Of a DNA stretch of 64,000 bases, positions 62,933 through 64,000 are shown piece by piece. The DNA is from a bacterium (GTDB lineage: Bacteria; Actinomycetota; Acidimicrobiia; Acidimicrobiales; Bin134). Where the stretch lies: NCBI GenBank assembly GCA_026709025.1, contig JAPOTT010000010.1, positions 20,658-84,657 on the forward strand, in the 5' to 3' direction. How positions within the stretch are numbered: the stretch's first letter is position 1; each line of letters opens with the position of its first letter. A program made the translations under genes and the position numbers. A model generated the notes under the pieces. The model was not told the origin of the DNA, did not search any database, and worked only from the letters and a program-made list of their open reading frames with translations.

Positions 62933-64000
62933 ATGACAGCACCCACCACACCCGCAGAGATTGGCGGCATCGGCCATAGCGTGCAGCGCAAAGAAGATGC
63001 GCGGCTCATTGAAGGTCAAGGCAACTTCTTAGACGATATTGAGCTGCCCAATATGTTGCACATGGCAATTTTGCGCTCACCGTTCGCGCACGCTCGCATC
63101 AATGGCATTGACACCGCAGCTGCGGCGGCCACCGATGGTGTTGTGGCGGTGGTGACTGGTGAGTTGATGGATCAGCACGGTTTGGCTTGGATGCCAACCT
63201 TGTCGGGCGACACTCAAGCTGTGCTAGCAACAGACAAGGTGCGCTATCAAGGCCAAGAGGTGGCAGCCGTGATTGCCACCGACCCCTATATCGCTACTGA
63301 TGCTTTGGAGCTGATAGAGGTGGATTACTCTGAGCTGCCTCCTGTAACCACCCCGCAGCAGTCCCTCACCACAGACGCACCACTAATCAGAGATGAAAAA
63401 GAAGGCCAGCAGGATAATTTGGTATACACATGGGAAACCGGCGACAAGGCTGCAACAGATGCAGCCTTTGCTGCTGCAGATCGGGTGGTGTCGTTGGAAA
63501 CTCACTACCCCCGCTCGCATCCTGCTCCGTTGGAAACCTGTGGGGTTGTGGCCGATGTGAATTCGGTAACAGGTCAGGCCACCATTTATATGACATCGCA
63601 AGCCCCGCATGCCCACCGCACGCTGTTTGCAATGGTTGCAGGGCTGCCAGAGCAAAACATTCGCATCGTCAGCCCCGACATTGGTGGTGGTTTTGGCAAC
63701 AAGGTGCCCATTTATCCGGGCTATGTGGTGGCCACTGCTGCCTCGCTGTTGCTTGGTCAACCAGTGAAGTGGGTGGAAAGTCGTACCGAGAACCTCATCT
63801 CTACCGGTTTTGCACGCGACTACTATATGAAGGGCGAGCTAGCGGTTACTGATGAGGGTCGTATTTTGGGTTTACGGGTAGACATGCTCTCCGATCAGGG
63901 TGCTTTTTACTCCGATGCTCAGCCCAGCCAGTTCAAGGCCGGGCTGTTTCACGTGGTAACCGGCAGTTACGATTTTGGTGCTGCACACGTGAACTGCAAG
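62933..64000 (+). CDS. coxL: CO dehydrogenase-type molybdopterin large subunit, 5' portion (runs off the window)
   Basis: Not in the ORF track because no stop falls inside the window. Hand translation from ATG 62933 (GAGGAG upstream) is open for 356 codons. 'WMPTLSGDTQAVLATDKVRYQGQEVAAVIA', 'DIGGGFGNK' and 'FARDYYMKGELAVTDEGRILG' closely parallel Oligotropha CoxL as I recall it. Confidence 0.85.
   Translation, partial: MTAPTTPAEIGGIGHSVQRKEDARLIEGQGNFLDDIELPNMLHMAILRSPFAHARINGIDTAAAAATDGVVAVVTGELMDQHGLAWMPTLSGDTQAVLATDKVRYQGQEVAAVIATDPYIATDALELIEVDYSELPPVTTPQQSLTTDAPLIRDEKEGQQDNLVYTWETGDKAATDAAFAAADRVVSLETHYPRSHPAPLETCGVVADVNSVTGQATIYMTSQAPHAHRTLFAMVAGLPEQNIRIVSPDIGGGFGNKVPIYPGYVVATAASLLLGQPVKWVESRTENLISTGFARDYYMKGELAVTDEGRILGLRVDMLSDQGAFYSDAQPSQFKAGLFHVVTGSYDFGAAHVNCK

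Overview
The window reads as a chromosomal segment from a moderately high-GC actinobacterium. Lineage markers include nucS, DUF3499, the DUF501-ppx pair, group II truncated haemoglobin glbO and an Rv2466c-type CPWC thioredoxin-fold protein. Gene density is high: about 65 supportable CDS and 2 tRNAs, with no rRNA, CRISPR array, transposase or integrase seen. Most of the content is housekeeping or central metabolism. This includes rpmB/rpmG, citrate synthase, Fe-SOD, photolyase, cobQ, ogt, a PHA synthase/phasin cluster and beta-oxidation-type enzymes. Aerobic CO-dehydrogenase-type molybdoenzyme genes lie in two separate loci: S-M plus the maturation genes coxD/E, xdhC, mocA and coxG at 9.7-17 kb, and a canonical coxM-S-L at 61.6 kb that runs off the window. 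Three regions deserve a second look. (1) At 20.5-31.8 kb a tightly coupled 7-gene plus-strand operon is centred on a 1088-aa protein. Its N-terminus carries readable FtsZ/tubulin GTP-binding motifs. The partners are a signal-peptide vWA/MIDAS protein with a C-terminal membrane anchor, an 898-aa membrane protein, two paralogous lipoproteins, a TM2-like protein and a small membrane protein. I know of no characterised function for this combination. (2) At 5641-6354 (minus) a DsbA-like oxidoreductase has an in-frame TGA exactly where the first Cys of its CPWC redox motif belongs. This is a candidate selenoprotein, and the ORF track split it. It heads a minus-strand gene string containing an HTTM (vitamin-K-carboxylase-like) membrane protein. 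(3) At 54947-57673 a single ORF fuses a PfkB adenosine/ribokinase-like kinase to a phosphohexomutase-superfamily mutase. All family assignments come from reading motifs in the translations by eye; no database search was run.
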